From assembly GCF_018350175.1 (NCBI RefSeq), contig NC_058368.1, forward strand, positions 36,334,001 through 36,398,000: a stretch of 64,000 bases of DNA. The letters run 5' to 3'. Position numbers and translations under genes: made by a program. The stretch's first letter is position 1. Every line of letters begins with the position of its first letter. This DNA comes from Felis catus. Lineage: Eukaryota. The notes under the pieces were generated by a model. That model ran no database searches, was not told the origin of the DNA, and saw only the letters and a program-made list of their open reading frames with translations. This document shows, in pieces, positions 25,165-37,323 of the stretch.

Positions 25165-25720
25165 GGACACTAAGAAATTAGAGTCATGCCCAGATGATTA
25201 CAAAAATGACAGCGTTAAAAGCAGTTATCACAATTTTGTGCTCCAGACTCTCCCGTCCTCAAGCTCAATCCTCTGGCCGCTCTCACTCAGCAGACGAAAA
25301 GTAAACTCTAAGAAAGCAAACTATTTTAACTATGAAAGGTGACCTAAAGAAAAATCATTTCGAGACCAAGTTGGTTGCAGCAAAATTCATTAGCCTCCTC
25401 CAGGATGAAAGCTGGTGTCTGGGTGACATTCCAAGGTTACTAATGCTTGTCAGCCCCACAGCTTGCAGACTGTACATGATGGGGAATCTTTGGGGTTTGG
25501 CATCAAAGGAGAAAGGATGTAAAAATGGCCCTGATGGATGTTCTGAGGTTGTTTGATCTAAATCCAGAGAAAATAGCAGCTATCACAGCTGATGGAGTAC
25601 CGCTATGACTGGGAAGATGAATAGTACGCAGAAAAAAAAATTAAAGTCAGAAAAGCTTGTGCCAGACATTTTATCATATCTTTTTATTTTATTTTTTACA
25701 AACCAAGCTTGACAACTTGG
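25165..25720 (+). pseudogene. Fossil hAT (Charlie/GTF2IRD2-like) transposase fragment
   Basis: Frameshifted peptides occur in the correct order: AVITILC, LSLSRRKV (cf. xSLSRRTV), KFISLLQDESWCLGDIPRLLMLV (cf. FSLALDESTDxxDxAQLLIFVR) and LNPEKIAAITADGVP/MTGK (cf. KLVSITTDGAPAMTGK). Confidence 0.8.
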
Positions 25721-27491
25721 AAATCCCTTTGTGCAGTTTATAAAATAATGAATTCTAAATGAAGGCCTGGATTCACCAACAGACCAAGCGATTTTGTAAA
25801 CAATTTCTGTTCCCCAATATGGCTCCCTGTCATTGCATTTTCAAGTCAGATCACTTCCATGAGGTGGAACAGTAATACATATGATGCATATCTTTGAAGC
25901 GTTCGCTATCAGACATGGTAGGATGCCAGTTACTCGATGTCCCAATGACAAGAAAGGTATCCTGTGTTATATTTCCACTTCTGATTTATACTCACCGAAG
26001 AGTCAACTGAAAGACAAAAGTGCTACGGGATAATTTGTATTCTTGTATCATTTCTCCTGTGTTCAGGGGCGTTCATTCTCTGATTTTATTACCATGGCTG
26101 TTTCTTACTTTCCAGCTCCCTTTAAACACGCACAAACACAAATGTGCGTGTGCATGTGAACGTGCGTGCACACACAGGCACAGACACAAAGTCACACACA
26201 AGTCTTCAAAGTTGCAATTAATCGTATTCTTTGAAAGTGTTATCCTCCTGTTAATGCCTGTCCTTCCATCAGATTCCACGCTCCCGGAGAGCAAGCACTG
26301 AGTATATTATGCCCTTTGTGTTCTCCCCACACAGTGAGTGTTCAATAAATACTATTGACTGACTGACACGTCTCCCTCTTTTTCTCTTTGTCTCTGACAC
26401 CTCTGCTTTCTTTCAGAAATAGTATTTTTTAAGTGGCAATATTTTCCCACTCTGGACTTATAAAAAGCTCTTCTAGGCCTCTAACTTTTTCTTTATGTAA
26501 GATTCTCAACAATAGACAAAATACAGGTGGAGGAAAACCGATAATCTACAACCTCTTAACGATAAATCTGTTTTTAATTGGAGTGTGACAAGTATCTCAC
26601 AGAATGGAAGCTTTTTTCCCCAAGAACAATGCTAGCGTGAACATCTTTGCTGAAGTGGCCATTAAAAAATAATAATACCTCCTGCCTGTCCTACCCACTC
26701 CAACTACTCCTGAATTCAAGGCAGGTATTAATGGACAGCCCCAGCTTTATTTTTCTTTTGCTACACAATGGGTCAGAGACACCGTCTATATTCAGGGTCT
26801 CTGTTGTTCTCTCACAGAACTCAAATAGCGGTTTGTTCTCCTTTTCAAGTAGACGCCTAAACCACAATTATTTTTTTAACCTTACCTTAGGAAAAGTCTT
26901 GGTAGTTCAGTGATATCCAGAAATATGGACTTTTCAGGAGACATGAAAGTGTACCCTCCATCAACCTGAGCATTGTTTGATCTCAGAGGCAAGGTAATAA
27001 TGTGCCTTTATTACTGTTTGCTTTCTCTATTACAGCCATTATGGATTGTACAGTTGTGGCGGATGATTGTTACAGGGAGATTGCTCTCATGTCACATCCT
27101 CCCTCTCATGTCAGCCTCCTGGAAAAGGTGCAGGTGAGAAAAATCTCAACCCAATGTGGCATCTGTTCTTCACAGTCTGTCTCCACACTCACGGCAATTA
27201 CAGTACAAAGCAACGTTTCTCTTTGGTGCCATTTCAATATCCTGTTTCTTTTCTTCTAATCCTCGTTGAAAGCCTCTTGGAAAACAAGAATAGTCAGAAA
27301 AAGGGTAGGCCGGAATAAAAGTCATCAAGATTAGCATAAGATACCAATGTTTCTGGTCATTTCCTACTTTGGTCACCTGCTGACAGGTGTCTGCTTTTGT
27401 TGTTGTTGACGCAGTATCTGCAACACCCAACACAGTGCAACCACTAGAATTTTAGTCTCTTATTCCTCGATCAGAAAAGACACCCACTAGG

Positions 27492-27910
27492 TGTCTTACC
27501 TTGGATTTCCCCCAGAACACCTGGGGGCAAGAATTCTAACGCAAATTCTTTATTTAGGAGGTGGTCCCAGGAAACCAGTGGAGATGGTGATAGCCAACTT
27601 CAGAAGACTGGTACTTTCTGTAGTGATAGGGAAAGGGGGGCAACAGGTGTTCGCAGTGGGATGGCTCCATGTTCCGCATGGTGCTAAGTGTATGTTCCTG
27701 TGCTTGGAAGCAGAGTCACTTGTGGGAAGATGTAGTTCAAAGAAAGGCAGTATGGGCAAAAGGTGCCTGTGGCCCCAGCTTACTACCCAGGTGTCCGCCC
27801 CCGGTCGAGAAGGCACCTGTGGAGGAGCATGGCTGCCTGGACCCAGCTGCGTCAGGAGCAGCAGGTCCAGGGTGTGGAGCCAGAGCAGACACAGCCGAAG
27901 GGGGTTATGA
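27492..27910 (-). mobile_element. ERVL-class LTR relic (LTR16-like)
   Basis: tgtcttaccttggatttcccccagaacacc...tttatttaggaggtggtcccaggaaacc is the antisense of the same 3' signature seen near 19900. Confidence 0.55.
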
Positions 27911-28049
27911 GAGAGTCTCAAAACTTCTCTCCTCGCTTTTGAACCACCATTGGACTCTTACATTGCTCCCTAAAAGCATCCTTAGACTGTTCTAGGACCA
28001 GAAGACAATAATACAAGGTAGTAGCTATGGCACATTTACCAGGCTCCGA

Positions 28050-28185
28050 CCTGAAAGGTAGCTCCATTTTACAGAGGAAACCTAAGCCCAGAGATTAAGT
28101 AACCTGCCCAATGCCACACAGCTGGTAGGTGGCAGAGCCAGGACTTGAAATCCAGCAGCCTTCCTCCAGAGTTTATTCTTGTGAC
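28050..28185 (-). mobile_element. MIR
   Basis: Contains ccattttacagaggaaacctaagcccagagattaagtaacctgcccaatgccacacagctggtaggtggcagagccaggacttgaa. Confidence 0.85.
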
Positions 28186-30635
28186 CCCTGCACACAGTGT
28201 GACGGACAAACGACACCTGTTTACATCTGCGCCATCTTCACTTCTTGCCTTTGGCCCAGAATACAAGAAGAAATGGTGGTGCGGTGTCTTGGGAATTACA
28301 TAGTTTCTCCCGCGGAGATTCTTGGAATGAGGACTCGTGCCTGAAGCCATCAGTGTACGCTCTCTTACCTGTTCTGTATTATTAATTTCTATAAGTAAAA
28401 CTCGATTTACCAAAGGAAGCAGACCCGGAGCAGTATTCTTAGCTGATGGCAGAGGGCCCCATGCTTGGGATTATAAACTCTTCATTGATTCCTCTCCTAC
28501 CTCTTGTGTAACTTTACATCCTCCTTCTCCACGTTAACATACGTGTTTTCCCCATCCACAGTATCCGAGTCAAGAAGTTGAAACCATCCCTCTTTCCAAG
28601 GCAATGACTATAATACTTAAGGGAACTCCAGCCATCATAGCCCTTTGATATTTCCGTCGGGAAAATATGCTGGGCAAGGTAATTATTCAGGTAAATTTTT
28701 CCTCCCAGGAGGACAGGCAGTTATTTTGACAGCTTATTTCACCGTTACAGATAAAGTTTACATTGTCAATTAATGGGAATACACCAGGTAATAGTCATGA
28801 GTTCTCGGGGGATAATCTGGAAGCCATTTCCAAATGTCCTTTATGGAAGCATATGGTCCTATCCTCCACTTCATCACCGGGTCAATCAGCAGTTGCTCTT
28901 TAATATGATATGTTCTTCATGCACCAGTGCAATTTCCAAGCTCCATCACATTTGTTTTTTCCCCCATGGTGCTCGAAAGTTGCTTAAGCCGCCGATTATT
29001 GCCTTGCCATGAGCGCTGATTGCTCTTCTGGATAGTAGACATTCCGATGTCATCTTCAATTTGCGATATTAATATTGAACCCCATCACCGTTCAGTGGTT
29101 TTAGTGAAGTATTTACATATAGACTAGCAAAGTGTTTGAGCAGCGCATTGAAAACTGTCCATTCCTAATTGGAACCGTAAAGTTTACCACAGCATCTGCA
29201 TGACATGGATATGATTTCTGGTTATAAAGCGGCCTCGGAGGTTTGCTTTCAAAAACAAATGGGACGTGTTTTCGCAGCTCTGTAGTTCCTCGCCCGCTCA
29301 GACCGTTAATGATCAGTGCTGACAGTGCTCCGAGAACTGTTTTTTACAACCTCACACACTTTGAAGAGAGATTAAACTCTCTCAAAGAGTTTTTGCTGGG
29401 AATCACATTTAAAATTAATGAACTAATTAGTTAAGAACTGTATTACTTTATTATGGAAAGGGAAGCCCAGCACCATAATGACAGTATGAAATGCACGAAA
29501 TGTCCTTTTGTTTTATGACATTCGAGGAAGGTGGACTTGTTAAGGAACATTTGGACTGCTGTTCTTAATTATCTGATTTAAGGATCACCTCACCCTGTGA
29601 GAAAGATGGATATCCATCGGTCTTTGAGAGATTCAAAAGGAAGAAAGAGAGACGAACAGAAAAGGGAACATCTTCCTAGTTGTGTTGTTAGATGACCTTG
29701 TGACCCGGTATGTTTAAATTGCTTACTTCCTATAACTCTATAAACTTCTGTGTTTTCATTTGCTGGATTAGATTGAAGTGTCAACTATATTTGATGAATG
29801 GCATTGGTAATATATGTTCATGTTCGTCTTTGCTCTTTCTGCTTTTATTTATATAGAGTCAGTATAATTTATTTCTCCTGAAAAAGCTTTCAGCAAAAAA
29901 GATTTTTTAAAGTACAAATACTTTTTAACAGGGCTCTGGGGTTTGTGATGATCAAATCACTCATCTTTCCTTCTTTCTAGCTTTTTTTTTTTTTTTTTTT
30001 TGGGCCTGATTGCTTTTCTTTTAAATCGAGCAACTGAAAAAGAATAGAGGAGAGACAGCTCAGTGGTTGCATCTAAGCACATAAGTGGTTGCATGAAATG
30101 CTAGTCTTGTAGACAAGCCTTTAGCTTGGTCCATGTGTATATTAGCATAATGATATCAAGAATTGTGCAATTATCTGGATGATGTCACGTAAAAATACTG
30201 GTCTGCAGCCTTTCCTATTCAAACACTTTATTCTCTCGTATAGCAGGCCAAGCGTAAGACTGCAGATTTACTGCAGTTCTCACTGACTGAGAGGAGTCTG
30301 TTCTTTCTTTCCTTCTGTTGGGAAGGAATCCCTGGTAATGTTGAGGTTAAAATGGAGCATGTTAATTGTATACTCAGCTACTCACGGTAGCTGATTTTTA
30401 TTTAGATCAAAATGTTATGTTTAGGTTGATAGGCATGCCTATCTCTGTCAAAGCTCTCTGAGGGTTAATGTATAAAAGGGGAGTGGGAACAGGAAGAAAA
30501 AGGAGGGAAATCACAAAGTCAGCCTAGTCAGAATCTGAAAACTACCTACCACAATACTAGCTAGGAAATTGGAGGACTATAAAAGTTGGGGAAAATACAA
30601 TAAACACAAAGCTGAATTTGGGGAGTCACTGGTTG

Positions 30636-30795
30636 CTTGCCTGCCTGCCTGACTCCCTCCCTCCCTCCCTCCCTCCCTTCCTTCCTTCTTTCCTTTCTTC
30701 CTTCCTCCCTCCCTTCCTTCCTTCTTTCCTCCCTCCCTCCCTCCCTGCCTCCCTCCCTTCCTTCCTCCCTCCCTTCCTTCCTCCCTTCCTTCCTT
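30636..30795. repeat. (CCCT/CCTT)n polypyrimidine tract
   Basis: Seen directly: about 140 nt that are almost pure C/T. Confidence 0.95.
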
Positions 30796-31729
30796 AAAAA
30801 TATCCTGTCCTTATCCTGCACTGCATCTTTCCTTCATTTCTCTTTTTATTCTTTTTGCCATCCAAGAATTTCTCCTGTTAATTGAAATCCAGTGTCTTTT
30901 TATTGTTTATTGAGAGGCTGTTGAAACAAATGATAGATGTGATAAAATGCCCAAGTTGAACCAATTCAATCACAGAAATAATAACATGCATATAACTGTA
31001 TTTCTGCTTCACATATCCATTTGTCTCTGATCCACAGTCATGGTGATTACCACAGCACGCTAGCCTGGGGTCAGCACAACCTGTGTTCTCAGTGCCCGGG
31101 GCTCAGATCCTGACTTCTCTGGGACTCTATAAAAGAAAAAAGGATGATGTGCCTGCTTTGGGAAGACACTGGACACATTTGTTCTGACACCAGAGAGTCA
31201 AAGAAGCTGAACATTAAAAAAAAAAATGAAGCGAACATAAGAGTAGCAAATTACAATCGTGCATGACTGAATGCCAGATATAAGCTCATGAATTTTTAAA
31301 AAATAGAAATAAGCCAGATTTTATTTCTCATGTACATGTGGATAAAGTAGAATCAATAGATTTTAATTGTTATAGTACGGAAAACACACAGATGACTTCG
31401 AGAGTGAAATCCACATTAGCCAGAATGGAAGAATGTGTTCATGTTTGTTTCTTTTTAATGCAAAGGTTTCCAAATTATGTGATTAATATGCTAAATAAAT
31501 TGGATCAAATTCTACTTTTGTTGATTCTTGTATAACACTCTTGGCTGTCGGTTGCTGTCATTCCTGTTCATTTGGAAAAAAAATATGTTAACATATGGGA
31601 TGACATAAAAATAAAGTTAATTTTAAATAACTAGGTATTTATATAGCCACACAATCATCTGAAGGGGCTTAAAAATTATACTTATATAAAAATGTTTATG
31701 GCTTTGGCTCTGGACTGAACACGATTGTA

Positions 31730-32186
31730 TTATGACCCCAGATGTCTAGCAGACATCTCGCATTTAACACAATCTAAACTCAACTCTTCACAGTCCATCT
31801 CCCAGTAACTGCTGCTGCTGTAGTTTTTCCCACTGTACTCGTTCAGTCAGTCATTCAGACCAAACATTTCAGTCTTCCTTACCCCCACCCCGATTCTCTC
31901 ACGTCTCATGTCCAACCTTTCAGCAAACCTATTCATCCTACCCTCTCACTTATACTTCAAATCTGACCACTCCTCATCTCCACCACTATCACCTGCCCTG
32001 TCCCCTCAATTCCTCTGAATTAATAATTGTCTAACTGGGTCCTGCTGCTTCCACCCCTTGCTCCTACAGAGCCTCTTCTCAATACAGCAGTCAGAGTGAT
32101 TCTCTACAAATGTAAGTCAGAGCTTGGTCCTCTTCTGCTCAAAACCCTCCGATGGCTCCATTGCCACTTCAACTAAAAGACAAAGC

Positions 32187-32223
<37 letters not shown>

Positions 32224-32971
32224 AGGCGGACTGCCATGTGCAGCGCCTCATTTGGCTGTGTCTGGAGTCTTGGAAGCTTGACTGCCCTATGTTCTCCTAC
32301 AAATGGACCTTGAGAGCTTGTTTGGAGGTTCTAGCAGGGGAGCACAGCTGCTCGTATACCCTTGATCGAAGAACAGTCCTCCTGTATCGGGGAAGGTCAT
32401 CCTCTTCGACCGAGCGTGCAGCTTCAGGAGGGACGCACATGGAGCGGTGAGGGAGGAAGGGGACACTTGCCTAACCAACCAGACCAGCCGAATCAACTCT
32501 AGAGACCAATGGAGTGACAGATGTCGCAGCCAGATCACCCTCACATCCAAAGACAAAGATTTACCATGCCCTATATGATATGACTCCCATTACTGGTTTG
32601 ACTTCTCCTCCTGTTATGCTCCCATTTGCTCTATTTGTGCCGCCTTGATATTTTTATTGTTTCCTCTTCCTGAAAGTTCTTTTTCCGGATATTTTCATGG
32701 ATTACTCCATTGTCTTCTTAAGATGTTTGATCAAAGGTCAAATATCAGTGAAGCCCTCTTATTCACCTTATTTACAATTGCATACCACATCTGCCGTCCC
32801 TCCCTGTCATTCTTTCCCATGTATTTTTCTTCATAAGACACACACATACATACATGCATATAAAATGTTAGATCTATGTTAAATAGTAATACTATGGTAG
32901 ATAGCAATATTTTATGTACATATATAATGCTAACATAATGTATATTCACTACTTGTGTGAATGCGTGTGCT

Positions 32972-33017
<46 letters not shown>

Positions 33018-33180
33018 GTTAAGTGTCTGTCTTTCTCTACCAGAATGTCAACTTTGTGAAGACAGAGATTTGGGGATGTCCTGCTTACCATACAAACGGT
33101 ATTATTCCTTGTGCCCGGAACAATACCTGGCACACAGTAGAGGCTCAATAAATATTAAATGAATGAATAAACTAATCAAT
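31730..33180 (+). mobile_element. L2 split by the 7SK retrocopy, with (CA)n at 32974-33013
   Basis: Contains cagcagtcagagtgattctctacaaatgtaagtcaga...ctgctcaaaaccctccgatggctcc and ends cctggcacacagtagaggctcaataaatattaaatgaatgaat. Confidence 0.85.
32217..32548 (-). pseudogene. RN7SK (retrocopy): Full-length 7SK snRNA processed pseudogene
   Basis: The minus strand reads GGATGTGAGGGTGATCTGGCTGCGACATCTGTCAC...GAACCTCCAAACAAGCTCTCAAGGTCCATTTGTAGGAGAAC...GGCAGTCCGCCTTTC(T)n. It is 332 nt, colinear with 7SK, carries roughly 25 substitutions by eye and sits inside an L2. TSD AAAGACAAAG (32176-32185 and 32549-32558). Confidence 0.97.
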
Positions 33181-33344
33181 GACATTATATAGCTTATTTA
33201 TTTCTTGAAAAATATTATAAGCCATACCAAACTTCTTTTTATTGGCTAAACACTGTTAAATTGCTGTTATTTTGTTTTGATCTACCCAAATGTCTGTGGT
33301 TAATATTATGTGTACATTTCCCTTCCATTTCTTGTTTTTTTCTC

Positions 33345-35565
33345 CCTTCTGTCTTCTCACAGCTAATGTCTTCTCTGGTTTGTATTCCTCACACTCACCC
33401 AACACTTCTCACTGCCACCATCACAGTGAAGAACTGGCTTCGCCAGTAGATTTCACAACACTCTTTCATTGCTTTATCCATAACTCATCTGGGATCTTTC
33501 CCACATCAGCCACACATGGTGACTAAGCAGTAGAGATATTGTGGGAATCAGATGCACATGGAGATGAGAACACTAACCTCTCTTATTAATCTCTCTTGCA
33601 TATTTCTGGAGACTCAGGATCAGTGTCCAAACTGGCCAAAGCGCCTAGACAGCTGACAAGCATGGTTATTATGCTTTCCTCTACATACCTTTGATGAATT
33701 GCCCATGTGGAACAGGTGATCCAAGCAACTGTATAATGATTTCAAGTGGAATGGTCGCAAGCAGGATAGGCCAAATTTTAAAAGTTAAAGACACAGTTAG
33801 ACTCTAACAAGGCCTTGTCTTAGTCTGGAGGGAAATTAGAGAAAGGGTTGGTCATTGTGGGGCTGCATTACTGATCAGTGGGGATTACATGGGAGCATAA
33901 CTGGTCTGCATTACCCAGTTGAGAGGATTCTTTCTAGTCAGGCTTTGGGTAGATGCATGAGCCAGTGAGACCTGGGCCTGGGCTTGTTTTGTCTAGCTGG
34001 CAGGGATGGGGAAGAAAGGTATATAAATAGAGAAGGTAAAAGGGCTGGAAGGTTGGCCTTCCTTCTCTCCTTGACCCTGGAGAGGGATGCCAGTTCCTGG
34101 GCCAGACCAAGGGCCCACTTCAGGTATGAGTCATAAATTGTGTACCCAACTTGGGCCCAGCTGCACCATAGCCTCATAAACCATGGCCTTTGTGAGCTTT
34201 GTTTCCCCACATACAACAAATATCCAAAAGTCCTAATACATTTATGTCCCAACACTGCACCTGCATAGACTGGACCTAGTCTTCATACCTCCTCTATTAC
34301 TACTTTTAAACAGTAGGTAAGGAAGAAATCTGGAAGAAGGATAGAAAGGGAAGCACTTCCTCTGCTAATAATGTAGATCATCTTTTTCTGATAGGTCATT
34401 GGAAACAGATTGAGACAAATTTGTATGCAGAAGGATCTTTTTGTTTTGGTTGATTTTCAAAAATCTTTTATAGAAGACTCATAAGAAGTTGCAAGAGTTC
34501 CTATGTATCTCCTACCCAGGTTTCACCAACAATAGCCTCTTATGTAACTATAATATACTGTTAAAATCATGAAATTGACACTGATACACTACTAAGAACA
34601 GACAGAAGGATGTTCTTTTATAATAACAAAGGAAAAATGTCTTAGATTACATTTATTTTCACCTAGGATAAAACAAAGTGACTCACAGTAGCAGCCTCTT
34701 TTGTGCATTTTCCTCTCCTATTGACGAGCTACAATTATTAATAGTTGGATGGTTGGAAGGTGAGTTAGTAAGTGTGCTTAAATCCAATCATGCCATCCCA
34801 TTTTGCCTGTCCTTGGGTATTCACGTTTGATTGGTTCCTGGGTCTTTGCTGATCTCTGAGATGCATAATTTTCAACTCAATGATCACTATCAAACCACAG
34901 ATTCTCAGTGCTCTGACACATGTAGGAGGAGCTCCATCAACAGCCTTTCATGGGCTAGTTGTTAGTAAGAAGACAAGCTGTGCTCTGGGTAATAGAACCT
35001 CTATTTCTTTGAAACAGTCGTGGCTATTTCCAGGGCATCGTACAGCTTCATCATTTCTTTTCCCCTGGCCATACATCTAGGGCTTTATTATTGTGGTGTA
35101 TACAACCCACAAATTTGATTTTCCATCTGGATTGGCTATGGATAAGAGTAGGTGATAAAATTGTGCTTTCAGTATCAGTTAGGCTTAGCAGACATCTATT
35201 CTCCTGTCTTCTTTATATATGTATGGTATTTACACCTAATAGTTTCATACATTCCAGCCCCAGGAATCCAAAATCCTTCTTGACCAGCTGTTTTGAACAG
35301 CACTTCTGGGACTTAATGAAGATTAATCAAAGATTAAAGGGGGCTCCCGTATAGAATTGGCAGCAGACTTCCTTCCTAGAGATTCCACCAACATGTTTGC
35401 CTAAAATGTAGCAATAAACCAATGCAACAATTTTGGATTCACCTAGAGGAATTGTCCGAAAGTAAGACAATTATTTCACCAGATGCTGTGATATTATGGG
35501 TCTTACTTCACTGTGGTTTATGTTAAGTGGACTGAAGCACTGATCACATTTGTAAGTCTACATCT
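33345..35565 (+). pseudogene. Highly decayed LTR-retroelement pol (Ty3/Gypsy-like, possibly MamGyp-int; ERVL-like not excluded)
   Basis: Degenerate motifs occur in order. RT: VFSQL(D)VFSGLYS, LTATIT, FTTLFHCFIHNSSGIF, and HGDE in frame at the YxDD position. Integrase: PWPYI*GFI, WIRVGDKI, FLTSCFEQHFWDLMKINQRL, AINQCNNFGFT. Many stops and frameshifts. Confidence 0.55.
34445..34595 (-). mobile_element. L1MC-like 3' end fragment
   Basis: Contains agaagttgcaagagttcctatgtatctcctacccaggtttcacc...gtaactataatatact...gaaattgacactgatac. Confidence 0.6.
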
Positions 35566-36789
35566 AACTGTTGATATTTGAAAAAAAAATTCATGATAGA
35601 GAGGATAGAGAGTTAAGATGGCAGAGTTGTAGGGGGACTCTAGACTTGCCTCATTCCTTGAACACAGCTAGATTAACATCAAATCATTTTGAACATCTAG
35701 GAAATTGATCTGAGGATTAAGAGAACAATCTGCACAATTAGAGGGAGAGAATGTGGCAGGTATGAGGTGAGGAGACATGAATTGGAGGAGAGAAAAGCCA
35801 AAGAGCTGCAGAGGGAAGGGACCCCTTTTTGCAAAAAGAGAAGAAAGAGAGAAAGAGAGAGGGGGAAAGAGGAACTGACTATTGCAAGTTTTTAAAAGCA
35901 GGGGAGCTCAAATTCTGAGTCTTAGAAGTCTGCACCGTTTGCCGGAGTTGAGCTGGGAAACTGGCAGTGTTCCTGTGGAGGAGGAGGGCAGAGGTCTAGG
36001 AGTGGAGTGTACAGTTTGGTAGAGATCTCCTGGGTTGCACTGGGAGAGAACTTTCCACTTCCTGGAGTATATTTGGAAGAGGGTATATTGCCTCTCCGAA
36101 GACAAAAGTCCTGGTGGGTGCCATTGAGTGGCCGTTCATTAGCAAGGGACAGAAGCTTGTGCAGAGGGCAGATAACCTGGTTGCTGCTTTTTGCTGTGCT
36201 TCACCATAAACTCTAAGCGCCTGATCAGCCATGCGACTGCTTTTCTTGGACAAAATGGCGCCAGACACAACATAGTGAGGCTCCCCGGAGGAAGAGGGGA
36301 GCAAGTTTTGCCATATTGGCTCCTTTAAGATTTGGAGCTTTGAATCCCAGCTGTATGCCAGAGATAAAACACAGGAAACTGTAGTGCTGGGCATGTTGAC
36401 AGCCCAGGCACAGACAGGTGAGGGCAGGGATCTGATGGAAGTCTGGGACACAAGAGAGGAGATTGTTCACTTTTCTGTGAGGGCTTCCTGAACAGTGGCA
36501 GGCATGACTCCCCTCTCCAGTGAGGAGAGAGCAAGGAGATGCCATCTTCCCCACGCTCCCCACACTGGCATGGTCAGACTTCAGTGAGCAACACAGTGCC
36601 CCCAGTGGAGTCTGGGCTGCCTAAGCCAAACCCCACTCTCCTGCACCCTACAAGGGCATCTTTATAAGGGCAGGTCTGATTGTTAACACACTTAGCAGAG
36701 GACCAGCCCCGGCCCCCCACATGCACCAAATCTACTGATCATAGAGTGCTCCAAAGTGTCAGCTTTAGTTCTGGTGGAAATAGGACCAG

Positions 36790-36805
36790 ACTTTCTTTCT
36801 CTTTC

Positions 36806-36857
<52 letters not shown>

Positions 36858-36885
36858 TTTCTTTCTTTCTTTCTTTCTTTCTTTT
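36790..36885. repeat. (CTTT)n microsatellite in the L1 5'UTR
   Basis: Seen directly in the sequence. Confidence 0.95.
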
Positions 36886-37091
36886 GGATCAGGCTTATAG
36901 TTTTTTGTTTGTTTGTTTTTTCGTTTCCTTTTCTCTTTTTTTTGGATCAGGCTTCTTCCCCCCTCCCCCCCTTCTTTCTTATTCTTTGAAATCAGGTTTA
37001 TAGTTTTTCATTTGTTTGCCTGTTTGGGTTTTTGCTTTCGTTTTTGGTTCATTTTCCTTTTCTCATTTTTTGGATCAGGTTTTTTTGGTTT

Positions 37092-37323
37092 GTTTTTTGT
37101 TTTTTTTTGTTTTTTTTTTTCAACGTTTATTTATTTTTGGGACAGAGAGAGACAGAGCATGAACGGGGGAGGGGCAGAGAGAGAGGGAGACACAGAATCG
37201 GAAACAGGCTCCAGGCTCTGAGCCATCAGCCCAGAGCCTGACGCGGGGCTCAAACTCATGGACCGCGAGATCGTGACCTGGCTGAAGTCGGACGCTTAAC
37301 CGACTGCGCCACCCAGGCGCCCC
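37092..37323 (-). mobile_element. Young Can-SINE (SINEC_Fc), antisense in the L1 5'UTR
   Basis: The minus strand reads GGGGCGCCTGGGTGGCGCAGTCGGTTAAGCGTCCGACTTCAGCCAGGTCACGATCTCGCGGTCC. CpG-rich with a long A tail. Confidence 0.97.

Noticed and set aside
25165..25720. Domesticated transposase gene (ZBED or GTF2IRD2 type)
   Set aside because: The motifs are spread over different frames with stops and cover only part of the catalytic domain, so it is a fossil rather than a gene.
32217..32548. Functional 7SK gene
   Set aside because: It has a TSD and a tail and sits inside an L2. The upstream flank is L2 sequence rather than a PSE/TATA promoter, and many substitutions include the GAUC motifs.
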